Below are positions 1 to 14,167 of a stretch of DNA of 64,000 nt, one piece after another. The position numbers were made by a program, and so were the translations under genes. Every line of letters begins with the position of its first letter. The first letter of the stretch is position 1. The notes below the pieces were generated by a model. It searched no databases. It was not told where the DNA came from and saw only the letters and a list, made by a program, of their open reading frames with translations. Source of the DNA: an uncultured delta proteobacterium (lineage in GTDB: Bacteria; Desulfobacterota; Binatia; UTPRO1); NCBI GenBank assembly GCA_963846105.1, contig CAWJUT010000003.1, positions 37,752 to 101,751 of the forward strand. The letters are read 5' to 3'.

Positions 1-1030
1 GCTCGACCGCATGTCGAAGAACCTCGACTGGACCTCCGACCTCGGTGACGCCTTCCTCGGCCAGCAGAAGGACGTGCTCGACGCCGTGCAGCGCATGCGG
101 AAGAAGGCCTCCGACGCGGGTAACCTCGAGACCACGAAGCAGCAGCAGGTGGTGGTGGAGAAGGAGGTCATCAAGATCGTCCCGGCCGACCCCGAGGTGA
201 TCTACGTACCCACGTATAGCGCACCGGCCGTGTACGGGTCCGCGTGGGCGTACCCCACCTACTACTACCCGCCGATGTACGCCTATCCTCCCGGCTACGT
301 CGCGGCCGCGGGTCTGGTGTCGTTCGGCGTCGGCATGGCCGTCGGCGCGGCGGTGTGGGGCAACTGCAACTGGGGTGGCGGTTGGTCCTCCTGTTGCGGC
401 GGGTGGGGAGGTGGCGACGTCGACATCGACCGCAACGTCAACATCAACGGCGACGTCAACATCGGCAACCGACAGAACGTGAGCAATCGCCAGCAGCGAT
501 GGGAGCACAAGCCCGAGCATCGCGGCGGCGTCGGATATCGCAATCAGAACGTGAGCAACCGCTATCAGGGCGCCGAAGGCCAGCGTCGGCAGCAGAGCCG
601 CGAGCAGGCGCGCGGATACGATCGGGGACAGGGTGGGCGAGGCGGCGATCAGCCAACCGCAGGCGCGTGCCGGTGGTGGCGAGCGCGCAGGTAGCCGGGA
701 CACGGCCCGCGCCGGCGGGCAGCGCGCGCCGAGTCGGGATACGCGGCCGCGGCCGGCGGGAGTCAGGGCCGCGACAGCGCCTTCGGCGGCAGCGACCGTG
801 GCGGCGGCTTCGAACGCTCCGCGAGTCAACGTGGCGCCTCGAGTCGTGGTGGTTACGGCGGTGGGTCGTACAGCGGGAGCCGCGGTGGCGGCGGCAGCCG
901 CGGTGGGTCGTACAGCGGGAGCCGCGGTGGCGGTGGCAGCCGCGGCGGTGGCGGTGGCAGCCGCGGTGGTGGCGGTGGCGGGCGCGGTGGTGGAGGACGT
1001 GGGGGCGGTGGCGGGGGCCGGCGTCGATGA
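1..1030 (+). CDS. DUF3300-family protein (5' truncated, frameshifted, Gly/Arg/Ser-rich tail)
   Basis: LDWTSDLGDAFLGQQKDVLDAVQRMR, IVPADPEVIYVPTY and WEHKPEHRGGVGY motifs; RGG-rich tail continues in another frame to TGA at 1028-1030; adjacent to a DUF2950 gene, the usual partner. Confidence 0.85.
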
Positions 1031-1047
1031 ACGAGGGAGGGCGAGCC

Positions 1048-1989
1048 ATGCGGACACGATCGAAGCATGACGCGGTACGGTCGTTCGCGACCGTCCTGAT
1101 TGCTGGTTTCATGACTCTCAACGTGGTGCCTGCAGAGGGCGCGGGTCAGCGCACATTCCCGTCGGCCGACGCCGCCGTGAAGGCGCTGATCGACGCGGCG
1201 AAAGCCGGCGACGAGGACACCCTGATCGCGATCTTCGGTCCGGAAGGCCGAGGCATCATCCAATCCGGCGATCCGGTCGCGGACCGCGGCAGCGCGCGAC
1301 AGCTTCGTCGAGCGCGCCGCGGCGCGCACACACCTCGAGCCGGTCGGCGACGATTTCGCGGCTCTGAGTGTCGGAGATGACGACTGGCCGTTCCCGATTC
1401 CGCTCGTCAAGGACAAGGGCGGGTGGTCGTTCGACACCGCAATCGGCAAGACGGAGCTGCTGAACCGCCGCATCGGTCGTAACGAGCTCAACACGATTCA
1501 TAGTCTGCCAGGAGTACGGCAACGCGCAGCGTGAATACGGGCGCCGGCAGCAAGCGAAGACCGGCGTCATCGAGTATGCGCAGCGCGTCCGCAGCACGCC
1601 CGGGCAAGCGGGACGGTCTCTACTGGGAACCCGCGGCGGGCGAGGAGGAGAGCCCGATCGGGCCGCGCGTCGCGACGGCCAGTCGCGAAGGATACTTCAA
1701 GGACGGATCCGGCGGCCCGGAGCCCTTCCATGGCTACATTTACAAGATTCTCACCGCGGCGGGTCCGGACGCACCCGGGGGTGCCAAAAGCTACATCAAG
1801 GACGGACGCATGACGGAAGGATTCGCGTTACTCGCCTATCCGGCCGGATACGGGACGAGCGGCATCATGACCTTTCAGGTGAATCAGCAGGGAGTCGTCT
1901 TCCAGAAAGACCTCGGTCCGCGTACGGCGGAGATCGCCAAGGCAATCTCGGCGTACGATCCCGATGATTCCTGGGAGCCGACCGACTAG
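1048..1989 (+). CDS. DUF2950-family protein (frameshifted)
   Basis: Signal peptide, QRTFPSADAAVKALIDA, DWPFPIPLVK, RIGRNEL, GKRDGLYW, PFHGYIYKIL and GIMTFQVNQQGVVFQKDLG spread over several frames. Confidence 0.85.
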
Positions 1990-2031
1990 CACACTTCACC
2001 CTCTCGTCCTTGACGACGAGAGTGACGCGGC

Positions 2032-2814
2032 TCAGGGCGCGGAGACGGGCAGGGGGCGGAGATCCGCGGGGAGGGTAACGTCGCTCGCCGGGAACTCCTC
2101 CTTCCGGATCTCCCGGATGACGAAATGCGATGTCTGTCCCCCTTGAGACTCCTTGCGCTCGAGCGGAAATCCCGCGTAGCCCTGGTCCGGGCCGCGCGCC
2201 AGGCCGCCGCCGCGCGCCGCTTCACTCGCGATCGATTGCGAGAGCGAGCGGAAGCCTTCGAGAACGGCAAAGTCGGAAGCTGTGATGCCGAGCGCGGCGG
2301 GGTCGGCGGTACACACCTCCACCGTGAGCGCTCCAGCGCTTCCCTTGTAGCGGTCGCAACTCCACGTCCCGACCTGGCCGCTGCCTGAGCGCGCGAAGAC
2401 GAGCGGCTTCGCGGCGGATGGCTGAGTCCCCGGCGGCGGGCCACCGTGCTGCTTGGCGAGGCCTTCGGCCATGGCGCGCTGGTCAGCCGGGAGATCTTTC
2501 AACTTCTCCGCCATGACGCGCTGTGCTTCGGCGATCTGAGCGCTTTGATCGCCCATCTGCCGCGCCCGCCCTTCGTTCATCTCGAGGTACGTTCCCTGTT
2601 TCGCATCGACGAAGTAGGAGGTGCGCTTCGCGTGATCGTAGTAGACGACCTGCCCGGCAGCGCTGCTGATGCGCGCGCCGCCATCCTGGACGCGAAACTC
2701 CGTCCGTCCGCCGGTCGGCGTCTGGTTCCCGACGATGAGCACGCCCGCCAGGGCCGAGGTCGCGCCGTTCGCGACGAGCACCAGCGTGAGAAGAACGGCG
2801 GGCAACATGATCAT
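2032..2814 (-). CDS. Secreted DUF4412-like protein
   Basis: Signal peptide, YYDHAKRTSY..YLEM, GSGQVGTWSCDRY, C-terminal FPASDVTLPA; start placed at the ATG following a GA-rich RBS. Confidence 0.6.
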   Translation of the reverse strand: MIMLPAVLLTLVLVANGATSALAGVLIVGNQTPTGGRTEFRVQDGGARISSAAGQVVYYDHAKRTSYFVDAKQGTYLEMNEGRARQMGDQSAQIAEAQRVMAEKLKDLPADQRAMAEGLAKQHGGPPPGTQPSAAKPLVFARSGSGQVGTWSCDRYKGSAGALTVEVCTADPAALGITASDFAVLEGFRSLSQSIASEAARGGGLARGPDQGYAGFPLERKESQGGQTSHFVIREIRKEEFPASDVTLPADLRPLPVSAP

Positions 2815-2907
2815 GACTCTCTCCTCTCCTTCTCGACGATGCAGCATCGAGTCGTATAAGCGACGCCGGCCCTGCCGGGCAATCGGGTACGTCGGCTCGA
2901 CGTCGAA

Positions 2908-3531
2908 CTAGCGCGGCGGCTCGAGAAGCTTGAGGACGGCCGTACGTGCCGCTGCGACATCGATGGCGAGGCCCGCGTCGATCGCAACGACCACACCGAG
3001 CGCGATCGTGAGGAGCAGGAACGCGAGCTGCGCTGGCTCGACGTCCCGACGGACGGCGGCTGCCGCTTGGCCGTGTGCTGCCACCGCGGCGACACGAGCC
3101 AGGGCGCCCCTCATGAGCGTCGCGAAGCGGTCACGGAGTTTCGGGCTGCGGGTGATCGCGTCGAGCAGACGAGCAAACGGCATCGCGGGAGGAAGGGGCA
3201 GGGCGGGATCGGCGGTCGGCGCTTCGAGCGCGGCTCGCACCGCATCGGCGAAGTGGCCGACGGTACGCTCGAGGTCATGGGCGTCGTCACCGGTGGAGAT
3301 CACGGTATCGATGAAGGCACCGAGAACGTGCTCGACGACGGCCGCCAGGAGATCGTCACGATCGCGGAAGTGGACGTAGAAGGCGCCACGCGTGTAGCCC
3401 GCCCGGGCGCAAATCGCGTCCAGACTGGGCGCGTCCAGGCCGTGCGCGACAAACTCCGCGAGCGCGGCGGAGACCAAGGCCTCACGGGTTGCTTGCTTGG
3501 CGCTCGCGCGAGTTGTCTGCCCGGAAGCCAC
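2908..3531 (-). CDS. TetR/AcrR family transcriptional regulator
   Basis: N-terminal HTH SLDAICARAGYTRGAFYVHFRDRDDLL. Confidence 0.92.
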   Translation of the reverse strand: MASGQTTRASAKQATREALVSAALAEFVAHGLDAPSLDAICARAGYTRGAFYVHFRDRDDLLAAVVEHVLGAFIDTVISTGDDAHDLERTVGHFADAVRAALEAPTADPALPLPPAMPFARLLDAITRSPKLRDRFATLMRGALARVAAVAAHGQAAAAVRRDVEPAQLAFLLLTIALGVVVAIDAGLAIDVAAARTAVLKLLEPPR

Positions 3532-3540
3532 GACTGTCTA

Positions 3541-3567
3541 TTGACATCACGGTTGCGGTATGTGATG
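3541..3567. promoter_or_regulatory. Probable TetR operator overlapping a TTGACA -35 element
   Basis: TTGACA at 3541; imperfect dyad CATCAC-N11-GTGATG in the roughly 33-bp gap between divergent tetR and the alkB-like gene. Confidence 0.45.
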
Positions 3568-4520
3568 GAAGCGGAAGACGCGCGCGGCAGCGAGGCGTCC
3601 GCCATGCGACCCGTCGGCCTGCGTCACCACTGCCTGCGGTGGCCGTTCGACGGCGCATGGCGCACCCGCTCGCTCTCACCTGCTCACGGCGCTGCAGATC
3701 CTGACCGTCGCATTGCTCGTCCGCATGGTGTGGATGCACGGATTCTTCACGGCCGACACGCTCGTCGGCTGGATCCTGGTTGGCGTCAACTCCGGGTACT
3801 CCGGGATCGTCGTAGCCCACGAGCTGATTCACCGTCCCCAATGGCACCGCCAGCAGCTCGGTCGGCTGCTTCTGTGCAGCGTCCTCTACGAACACTTCGC
3901 TACCGAGCACATCCGCGGTCATCACGTCCGGGTCGGCAACTCCGATGATCCAGCCACAGCGCGCTTCGGCGAAAGCGCCTTTCGGTTCTTCCGGCGGACC
4001 GTACCCGGTCAACTCTCGAGCGCCTGGCGTCTCGAGTCCCGGCGACTCGGTGACGAGCGGTTGCGGTGGTTGGATCCGCGCATGCTGCGCCATCGCGTGC
4101 TGCATGGACTGGTCGTCGAGTGGGGCGTCGCGCTTGCCATTCTCGTGACCCTAGGACTCGGACCGTTCGCGATCCATTTCTTCCAGGCGCTGGCAGCCAT
4201 CCGTTTGCTCGAAGTCGTCAACTATTTCGAGCACTGGGGTCTGGTACGCTCCGCCCGGCGTGTGACGACCGTCGATTCGTGGGATACCGATTCGTGGTTC
4301 GACGTTCTACACGTTGGTCGGTCTGTCGCGTCACGCCGACCATCACGCGTAGGCCGCGCGTCCGTATCAACAACTCCGCTTCCAGGACGAGAGCCCGAAG
4401 CTGCCCTACGGGTATTTCGGAACGGCGATACTGGTGTTGTTCTGGAACCCGCGCTTCCGCACGCTCGCAACCGCCGAGCTCGAGCGCCGACAGCTCGGGC
4501 CGTTCGCGACGGCTGCCTGA
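3565..4520 (+). CDS. Alkane 1-monooxygenase (AlkB)-like membrane di-iron hydroxylase/desaturase (frameshifted)
   Basis: His boxes HELIHR, EHIRGHHVRVG, NYFEHWGL and RHADHHA, plus DPATARFGES and SPKLPYGY; two frame breaks and one in-frame TAG at 4350-4352. Confidence 0.82.
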
Positions 4521-4559
4521 GACTCGCCAGCACGCATCGACCGACGCGGGAGGTGTGAC

Positions 4560-4997
4560 GTGCCCGTCTGGTTCCGGGTGTTGTTCTACGCGTGCCTCGG
4601 CGTGGCCGCCGAAATCGTCTTCACGGCCTTCTGCGCGAAAATCGGGCTTCGGCTGACGCCCGACCTCGACGACGCAGCGGCGCGTCGATCGTGGCGCTTG
4701 AAGGGACACTCGTTCGTCTGGATGTTTCCGATCTACGGTGCCGGCCTGCTCGGCTTCGAGTACGTGCACGACGCCTTGCGCTCGGCGCCCTGGACCGTGC
4801 GCGGTCTGACGTACGTCGTGGCGCTCTTCGCTGTCGAGTACGCCTCGTCAGTGCTGCTGATGACGGTGACCGGCGCGCGTGTCTGGCGATGGATCGGACC
4901 CGGGGCGATCCGCGGGCACATCCACCTCGCGATGGCGCCGGTGTGGTTCGCCGCGGCGCTCGCACTCGAACCGCTGCACGACATGCTGGTACGCTAG
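4560..4997 (+). CDS. TMEM229/CmpB-like membrane protein
   Basis: FYACLGVAAEIVFTA, GHSFVWMFPIYG and VEY motifs; about 4 TM helices. Confidence 0.7.
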   Translation: MPVWFRVLFYACLGVAAEIVFTAFCAKIGLRLTPDLDDAAARRSWRLKGHSFVWMFPIYGAGLLGFEYVHDALRSAPWTVRGLTYVVALFAVEYASSVLLMTVTGARVWRWIGPGAIRGHIHLAMAPVWFAAALALEPLHDMLVR

Positions 4998-5003
4998 CCT
5001 CCC

Positions 5004-5555
5004 GTGGAGGCGATCTGGGTCTTCGTCCCGGTGCTGGGAGCGTTTCTCGCGCACGCCCCGGTTCTGCGCTTCGATCTCCTGCGTTCTCTCAAGCGGCCGA
5101 TCGACGCCGGCCGCACCTGGCGGGGGAGGCGCCTGCTCGGCGACAACAAGACCTGGCGCGGGGCGATCGTCATGTTCGCCGGAGTGATGGTGGCAACGGT
5201 CTTGCTGGCGCGCTGGCCGGCCTACTGGTCCCGGCTGCCGACCGCTGTCCAGACCGCGGGACCGGCGCTGTTCGGGCTGCTCCTCGGCCTCGGGACCGTG
5301 AGTGCCGAGCTACCGAATAGCTTCGTCAAACGCCAACTCGACGTCGCTCCAGGGACGCAGCGAGCTTCGCTGGCGGGAGTACTGCTCGCGCTCCTCGATC
5401 AGGGCGACTTCGTTCTCGGTGCCTGGTTGCTTCTGGCACCCATCTGGGTGATGTCCTTCGGTCAAGCGCTCACGGCGTTCGGCGCCGTGGTGGTGGTGCA
5501 TCTGATCGTCAACCTGCTCGGCTACGCGATCGGCGCCCGCACGGCGCCGCTGTGA
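5004..5555 (+). CDS. CDP-archaeol synthase (CarS)-like cytidylyltransferase
   Basis: PIDAGRTW..RLLGDNKTWRG, ELPNSFVKRQL and LDQGDF motifs of the CarS-like family. Confidence 0.8.
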   Translation: MEAIWVFVPVLGAFLAHAPVLRFDLLRSLKRPIDAGRTWRGRRLLGDNKTWRGAIVMFAGVMVATVLLARWPAYWSRLPTAVQTAGPALFGLLLGLGTVSAELPNSFVKRQLDVAPGTQRASLAGVLLALLDQGDFVLGAWLLLAPIWVMSFGQALTAFGAVVVVHLIVNLLGYAIGARTAPL

Positions 5556-5622
5556 CGACGCCCGAACTCGTTACCGCATCCGCGGCATCCCAAGGGGCTG
5601 GTCTCGGAGAAAGGAGATACAC

Positions 5623-6522
5623 ATGCGCGACATCCGTCCGGCGACCGACGCCGACCACGCCGCGATCACCGCGCTCCTGATGGCACAGTTCCGCGAACAT
5701 GCCATCGAGACCGGTGCGGATCGCGTTGGACGGGTCGTGACCGGGACTCTCGGCCGCTCGCGCCGCGGAAGGTTCCTGGTCGCGACCTCGGAAGGCCGTG
5801 TCGTCGGTCTGGCCGCGTTGTCGTTCGTCTGGGCGCTCGAGCACGGGGGTAAGTCGGCGTGGCTCGAGGAGCTCTATGTCGAGCCGGCAGAGCGTGGGAA
5901 GGGCATCGGGACCGAGCTGCTGCGGGCTGCGTGTCGGACGGTCGCGGAAGCGGGTGGCCAGGCGGTCGATCTCGAGGTCGACGCCGGGCATCGGCGGGCG
6001 GCGCGCTTGTACGAGCGCGAGGGGTTCCGGCCGCTGGAGCGCGCGAGGTGGGTGTTGCGGCTCGACCCGCCGGCCGAACGCCCGGCCGCCACGCAGGATG
6101 CCGAGCGGACGGGCGGCTGCTTCTGCGGGGCGATCCGGTACCGGCTGAGCGCGTCTCCGATCGACGTGAGCCACTGTCATTGCAACAATTGCCGCCGGAC
6201 GACTGGCGCGCCGTTCGTCACCTGGGGGACGTTTCCGGCCGCGGCGTTCGCGTTCACTGCCGGCACGCCCGCCGAACTGCGCTCGACGCCGCAGGCGCGG
6301 CGCACGTTCTGCTCGACGTGCGGTACGGCGTTGACGTTCACCGAGGACAAGCGACCGCACTCGGTCGACGTGACGGCCGGAAGCCTCGATCGGCCGAACG
6401 CGCTCACGCCGGACGAGCATATCTGGACCTCACGGCAGCTCGCGTGGGTGCACATCGACGACGATCTGTCGCGTCATCCCGAGGAGAATCCCGCGGAGCA
6501 GGACTACGACCCGTCGCGCTGA
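5623..6522 (+). CDS. GNAT acetyltransferase fused to a GFA/CENP-V Zn-binding domain
   Basis: N-term [29 protein letters not shown]; C-term [28 protein letters not shown]; single open frame. Confidence 0.85.
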   Translation: MRDIRPATDADHAAITALLMAQFREHAIETGADRVGRVVTGTLGRSRRGRFLVATSEGRVVGLAALSFVWALEHGGKSAWLEELYVEPAERGKGIGTELLRAACRTVAEAGGQAVDLEVDAGHRRAARLYEREGFRPLERARWVLRLDPPAERPAATQDAERTGGCFCGAIRYRLSASPIDVSHCHCNNCRRTTGAPFVTWGTFPAAAFAFTAGTPAELRSTPQARRTFCSTCGTALTFTEDKRPHSVDVTAGSLDRPNALTPDEHIWTSRQLAWVHIDDDLSRHPEENPAEQDYDPSR

Positions 6523-6626
6523 CGCGCACCTGGCGGCGATTCGGTCGCAGGCCGACGAATTTTCTTGATCATCGTCGCGGCTTGACGCATGCTACGGTCC
6601 CCGCAGCGGATGAGGAGGGGCGGTCG

Positions 6627-10154
<3,528 letters not shown>

Positions 10155-10165
10155 GAGGTCCGGCC

Positions 10166-10858
10166 GTGCCTCTCGACGCGCTCTTCCTCGACGCCGGCGG
10201 CGTCCTCGTCCATCCCAACTGGACGTGGGCGAGCGGCGCCCTCGCCCGTCACGGCGTGCACGTCGAGCCCGCGACGTTGGCGACCGCCGAAGCGCACGCC
10301 AAGCGCGCGATCGACGAGCCGGGACGGTTCGACGACACGACGGACGCAACACGCTGGCTCGCGTACTTCGATCGCGTCCTGACGCATGCCGGGGTGGCGG
10401 AGTCGGCGGCGACGCGGGCGGCACTCGACGAGGTGCGCGCGTACCACGCCCGCCAGAATCTCTGGGAGATCGTCCCCGACGAGGTGGTGCCGGCGCTGGC
10501 ACGCCTGCGGGCGGCGGGTCCGCGCTTGGTGGTGGTGTCGAACGCGAACGGCACGTTGCGTGCCGCGCTGGCACGCATCGGTCTGGCGCCGCACGTCGAC
10601 GACGTGATCGACTCCCATGAAGTGGGCGTCGAGAAGCCCGACCCGCGCATCTTCGAGATGGCACTCGAGCTCGCCCGCTGTACGCCCGAGCGAGCTGCGC
10701 ATGTCGGGGACCTCTACCAGGTCGACGTCGTGGGGGCCCGTCGCGCCGGTGTGCGCGGCCTGCTGCTCGACGCCGGCGGACTCTATCCGGACGTCGATTG
10801 CCCGCGCGTCGCGTCGCTCACGGCGCTCGCCGATCTCGTGGAGGCTGGCGGGCTCTAG
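10166..10858 (+). CDS. HAD-superfamily hydrolase
   Basis: LFLDAGGVL, VVVSNANG, EKPDPRIF, HVGDLYQVDVVGA. Confidence 0.9.
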   Translation: MPLDALFLDAGGVLVHPNWTWASGALARHGVHVEPATLATAEAHAKRAIDEPGRFDDTTDATRWLAYFDRVLTHAGVAESAATRAALDEVRAYHARQNLWEIVPDEVVPALARLRAAGPRLVVVSNANGTLRAALARIGLAPHVDDVIDSHEVGVEKPDPRIFEMALELARCTPERAAHVGDLYQVDVVGARRAGVRGLLLDAGGLYPDVDCPRVASLTALADLVEAGGL

Positions 10859-10939
10859 ACGACCCAGCGGCGGGGGTTGCACGGGTGGCGTAGTTCTGTG
10901 CAACCATGGGGCAGTGACCCACAGCGTGGACGCGCGCGC

Positions 10940-12262
10940 ATGAAGGGCGGCACGCAAACCGTCGGAACGCCGATCGAGAGGGCGGTCCTGGTCGGGATCG
11001 CCCATGCGAGCCGCCGGGACGGGGAAGCGGGAATCGGCGCGGAGGAATCGCTGCGCGAGTTGGCGCGCCTGGCGCGCACGGCCGGCGTCGAGCCGGTTGC
11101 CGAGCTCGCGCAGACGGTGCGGCGGATCCATCCCGCCACCTACATCGGCGCCGGCAAGATCGAGGAGGTGAAGGAAGCCGTCGCGGCGCACGCGGCCGCC
11201 GTCGTCCTCTTCGACGAGAGCCTGAGCCCGGCCCAGCAGCGCAACTTGACCGAGCGGCTGGGGGTCAAGGTCCTCGATCGCGGCCAGCTCATCCTCGACA
11301 TCTTCGCCGCGCGCGCGCGCAGTCTCGAGGGCAAGCTCCAGGTGGAGCTCGCTCAGCTCGAGTACCTGTTGCCGCGGCTCACCCGCGCGTGGACGCACCT
11401 CTCGCGCCTCGGCGGCGGCGTCGGGACCCGCGGTCCCGGTGAGACCCAGCTCGAGGTCGACCGTCGGCGCGTCCGCGAGCGCATCGTACGCTTGCAGCGG
11501 CGACTCGCCGAAGTCGAGCGCACCCGTGAGCTGCACCGCCGGGAGCGCGCCACCGTCCCGTACCTCACGATCGCCCTCGTCGGCTACACCAACGCCGGCA
11601 AGTCGACGCTGATGAACGCGCTCACGCGCGCCGGCGTGCTGGTGGAAGACAAGCTCTTCGCCACCCTCGATCCGACGGTACGGCGCCTCGATCTGCCGGG
11701 CGGTGAGCGCGCGCTGATCGCCGACACGGTCGGCTTCATCCATCGGTTGCCCCACCAGCTCGTCGAGGCGTTCAAGAGCACGCTGGAAGAGGTCCGGCGC
11801 GCCGATCTACTGCTGCACGTCGTCGATGCGACGAGCCCGGAAGCCGGCGAGCAGGTCGGCATCGTCGAGCGGGTGCTCGACGAGATCGGCGCCGGCGCCG
11901 CGCCGACGATCCTGGTGTGGAACAAGATCGACGTGGCACCGGCGGCGCCCCCCCGGGACGTCATCGTCGAGCATGCGCACGTCGTCGCCGTATGTCCGCT
12001 CTCCGCCGCCACCGGTCAGGGCGTGGCGGAGCTGCTGGCGGCCATCGAGCGCTGGATCGATCGCGAGCGCGTGCGCGTTCAGGTGGTGGTGCCGAACACG
12101 CGCGGCGATCTGGTGGCCTGGCTGCACCGCGACGCCAAGGTCGTCGACGAGCAATACCAGGACGGGGTGGCGCGCATCACGGCACTTGCCACGCCGAAGA
12201 TGGCGGCGCAGATCCGCAGGCGGCTCGAGGAGATCGCGTGCTCAACCTCCCCAACTTCCTGA
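10940..12262 (+). CDS. hflX: GTPase HflX
   Basis: GTRGPGETQLEVDRR, GYTNAGKST, LFATLDPT, DTVGFI, NKID. Confidence 0.96.
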   Translation: MKGGTQTVGTPIERAVLVGIAHASRRDGEAGIGAEESLRELARLARTAGVEPVAELAQTVRRIHPATYIGAGKIEEVKEAVAAHAAAVVLFDESLSPAQQRNLTERLGVKVLDRGQLILDIFAARARSLEGKLQVELAQLEYLLPRLTRAWTHLSRLGGGVGTRGPGETQLEVDRRRVRERIVRLQRRLAEVERTRELHRRERATVPYLTIALVGYTNAGKSTLMNALTRAGVLVEDKLFATLDPTVRRLDLPGGERALIADTVGFIHRLPHQLVEAFKSTLEEVRRADLLLHVVDATSPEAGEQVGIVERVLDEIGAGAAPTILVWNKIDVAPAAPPRDVIVEHAHVVAVCPLSAATGQGVAELLAAIERWIDRERVRVQVVVPNTRGDLVAWLHRDAKVVDEQYQDGVARITALATPKMAAQIRRRLEEIACSTSPTS

Positions 12263-12799
12263 CCATCATCCGCATCCTGACCATCCCGGGGTTTCTGATC
12301 CTGCTCGACCGCCGGCCACGTGACGGCGGCGCTGGTGGTCTTCGTGCTGGGCGGGATCACCGACGCGCTCGACGGCGCGATCGCGCGCCTCACCAACAGC
12401 AAGACCGAGCTGGGCGCGATCCTCGACCCGCTCGCCGACAAGCTCCTGCTGCTGAGCTCGGTCAGCGTCCTCGCCTTCATGGGTCGCATACCGAGCTGGC
12501 TCACCGTGATCGTCATCATGCGCGACGTCATTCTGCATCGCCGGCTACTTCACGCTCTTCATGGTGAGCGGCGAGCGCATGGCCGTGCGTCCGAGCATCG
12601 TCGGCAAGGCGGCGACCTTCTTCCAACTGGCGTCGGTGACGATCGTCCTGGTCGGCTTCCCCTGGCCGGAGGCGGCTCCGGACTGGCTGCGCGGCGACGC
12701 TCTTCGTCGCCGCCGGAGCCACCACGGCGGTCTCGGGTCTTCAATACATGGTGCGTGGTCTCGCGTGGCTGCAGCAACAGGCCACCGGGTCCGAGATGA
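12238..12799 (+). CDS. CDP-alcohol phosphatidyltransferase (PgsA-like; frameshifted, 3' end approximate)
   Basis: NLPNFLTIIRI and TDALDGAIAR..LGAILDPLADKLL signature. Confidence 0.85.
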
Positions 12800-12814
12800 A
12801 AGGAGCAGTGGGCG

Positions 12815-13315
12815 ATGAGGATCATACGATGGATCCTGGTGCTGTTGCTGGTGGCGATCGGACTGTTGGGCGGTGGCGTGGTCTTGAACGGTCTCCCGCT
12901 CGGCGACCCGCCCGGCATGCCGGTGCGGCTTTTCACGTACCTCAACACGCACGTGGCGGAGACGATCGAGGGCTCACCCTTTCCCGAGCTGCGGCCACGC
13001 CACTACGGACTTCCCGCCGATGCCCTGTTCGCGAAAGTGAAGGAGGCGATCGCGCTGTTGCCGCGCTGGGAGGTCGTCGAAAGCGTCGACGAGCGTCGCG
13101 AGCTCCACGCCGTCGTCACCAGCGCGCTTTTCCGCTTCAAGGATGACGTGACGGTGACGGTGACGCCGGAACCGGGCGGCCGGCCCGCCGTCATGGTGCG
13201 CGCCGTGTCGCGGGTCGGCAAAGGCGACCTCGGCACGAACACGCGTCACGTGCTGAACCTCTACGACGCATTGGAGAGAAAGGGCGTCCACGGTCAAGTC
13301 GAACGATTGAACTAG
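12815..13315 (+). CDS. DUF1499-family protein
   Basis: LHAVVTSALFRFKDDVTV, VRAVSRVGKGDLGTN. Confidence 0.85.
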   Translation: MRIIRWILVLLLVAIGLLGGGVVLNGLPLGDPPGMPVRLFTYLNTHVAETIEGSPFPELRPRHYGLPADALFAKVKEAIALLPRWEVVESVDERRELHAVVTSALFRFKDDVTVTVTPEPGGRPAVMVRAVSRVGKGDLGTNTRHVLNLYDALERKGVHGQVERLN

Positions 13316-13378
13316 GACGTCTCCGCAACGAGCTCCTCCCCGGGGACCCCAGGGAAGGTCTGTGCGCGCGGTCCGGCG

Positions 13379-14167
13379 GTGCGCTACACTGCGATCGTGT
13401 CACTGCCTTCGATGCGGGCGCTGCTTCCGATCGTCACCGAGGCCGGCGAGATCGCGCGCGGGTACTTCCAGAACGTGGTCGCGGAACGCAAGGCCGATCG
13501 CACGCTGGTGACGGCGGCGGACCGTGCCGTCGAGGAGTTCCTGACCGAGCGTCTGCCAACCGTAGCGCCGGACGCGCGCATTCTCGGAGAGGAGTTCGGC
13601 GCCACCGGCAACGGTGAAGCCCGCTGCACCCTCACGCTCGATCCGATCGACGGCACGTCGGCGTTCGTTGCCGGGCTGCCCACCTGGTGTGTGACGGTCG
13701 GCCTGGTCGTCGACGCGAAGGCGCTGGGCGGGATCACCCATCTGCCGATGACGGGCGAGACCTATCTCGCGGAGGACGCGGTGGCGTACTGGAACGGTCG
13801 CGCCATTCCGCGCGGTCGCCAGCCCGTGGCGGACGGCGATCTCTTCATCGTCACGCACTCCGATCTGCACCGTGGGGGCGCGATCCGATTCCAGGGGAAG
13901 GTCCGGGCGCTCGGCTCGACCGCGTATCACCTGGCCCTGGTCGCGCGCGGGGCCGCGACCGGAGCGCTGCTCGGCCGTCCCCGCTTGTGGGACATCGCCG
14001 CCGGCGCGGCGTTGCTCGACGCCATCGGCGGCGAGCTTTGCTATCGGTCGGGCGCGCCCGTCGACCTCGGTGCGATGCTTGCCGGCGAGCGGGCTCCCGA
14101 TCACATCGTCGCCGCCGCGCCTGGCATGATGGGCGACCTCCTCCCGCAGCTGCAGGCGCCGCGATGA
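13379..14167 (+). CDS. Inositol monophosphatase family protein
   Basis: VTAADRAVE, ILGEE, LDPIDGTSAF, LWDIAAG. Confidence 0.9.
   Translation: MRYTAIVSLPSMRALLPIVTEAGEIARGYFQNVVAERKADRTLVTAADRAVEEFLTERLPTVAPDARILGEEFGATGNGEARCTLTLDPIDGTSAFVAGLPTWCVTVGLVVDAKALGGITHLPMTGETYLAEDAVAYWNGRAIPRGRQPVADGDLFIVTHSDLHRGGAIRFQGKVRALGSTAYHLALVARGAATGALLGRPRLWDIAAGAALLDAIGGELCYRSGAPVDLGAMLAGERAPDHIVAAAPGMMGDLLPQLQAPR

Noticed and set aside
850-1025. GGCGGT-rich repeats as a non-coding element
   Set aside because: They encode the Gly/Arg/Ser tail of the DUF3300 protein.
4350-4352. In-frame TAG in the alkB-like gene as pyrrolysine or readthrough
   Set aside because: Not a catalytic position, no pyl genes seen, and the gene has other sequencing-type errors.
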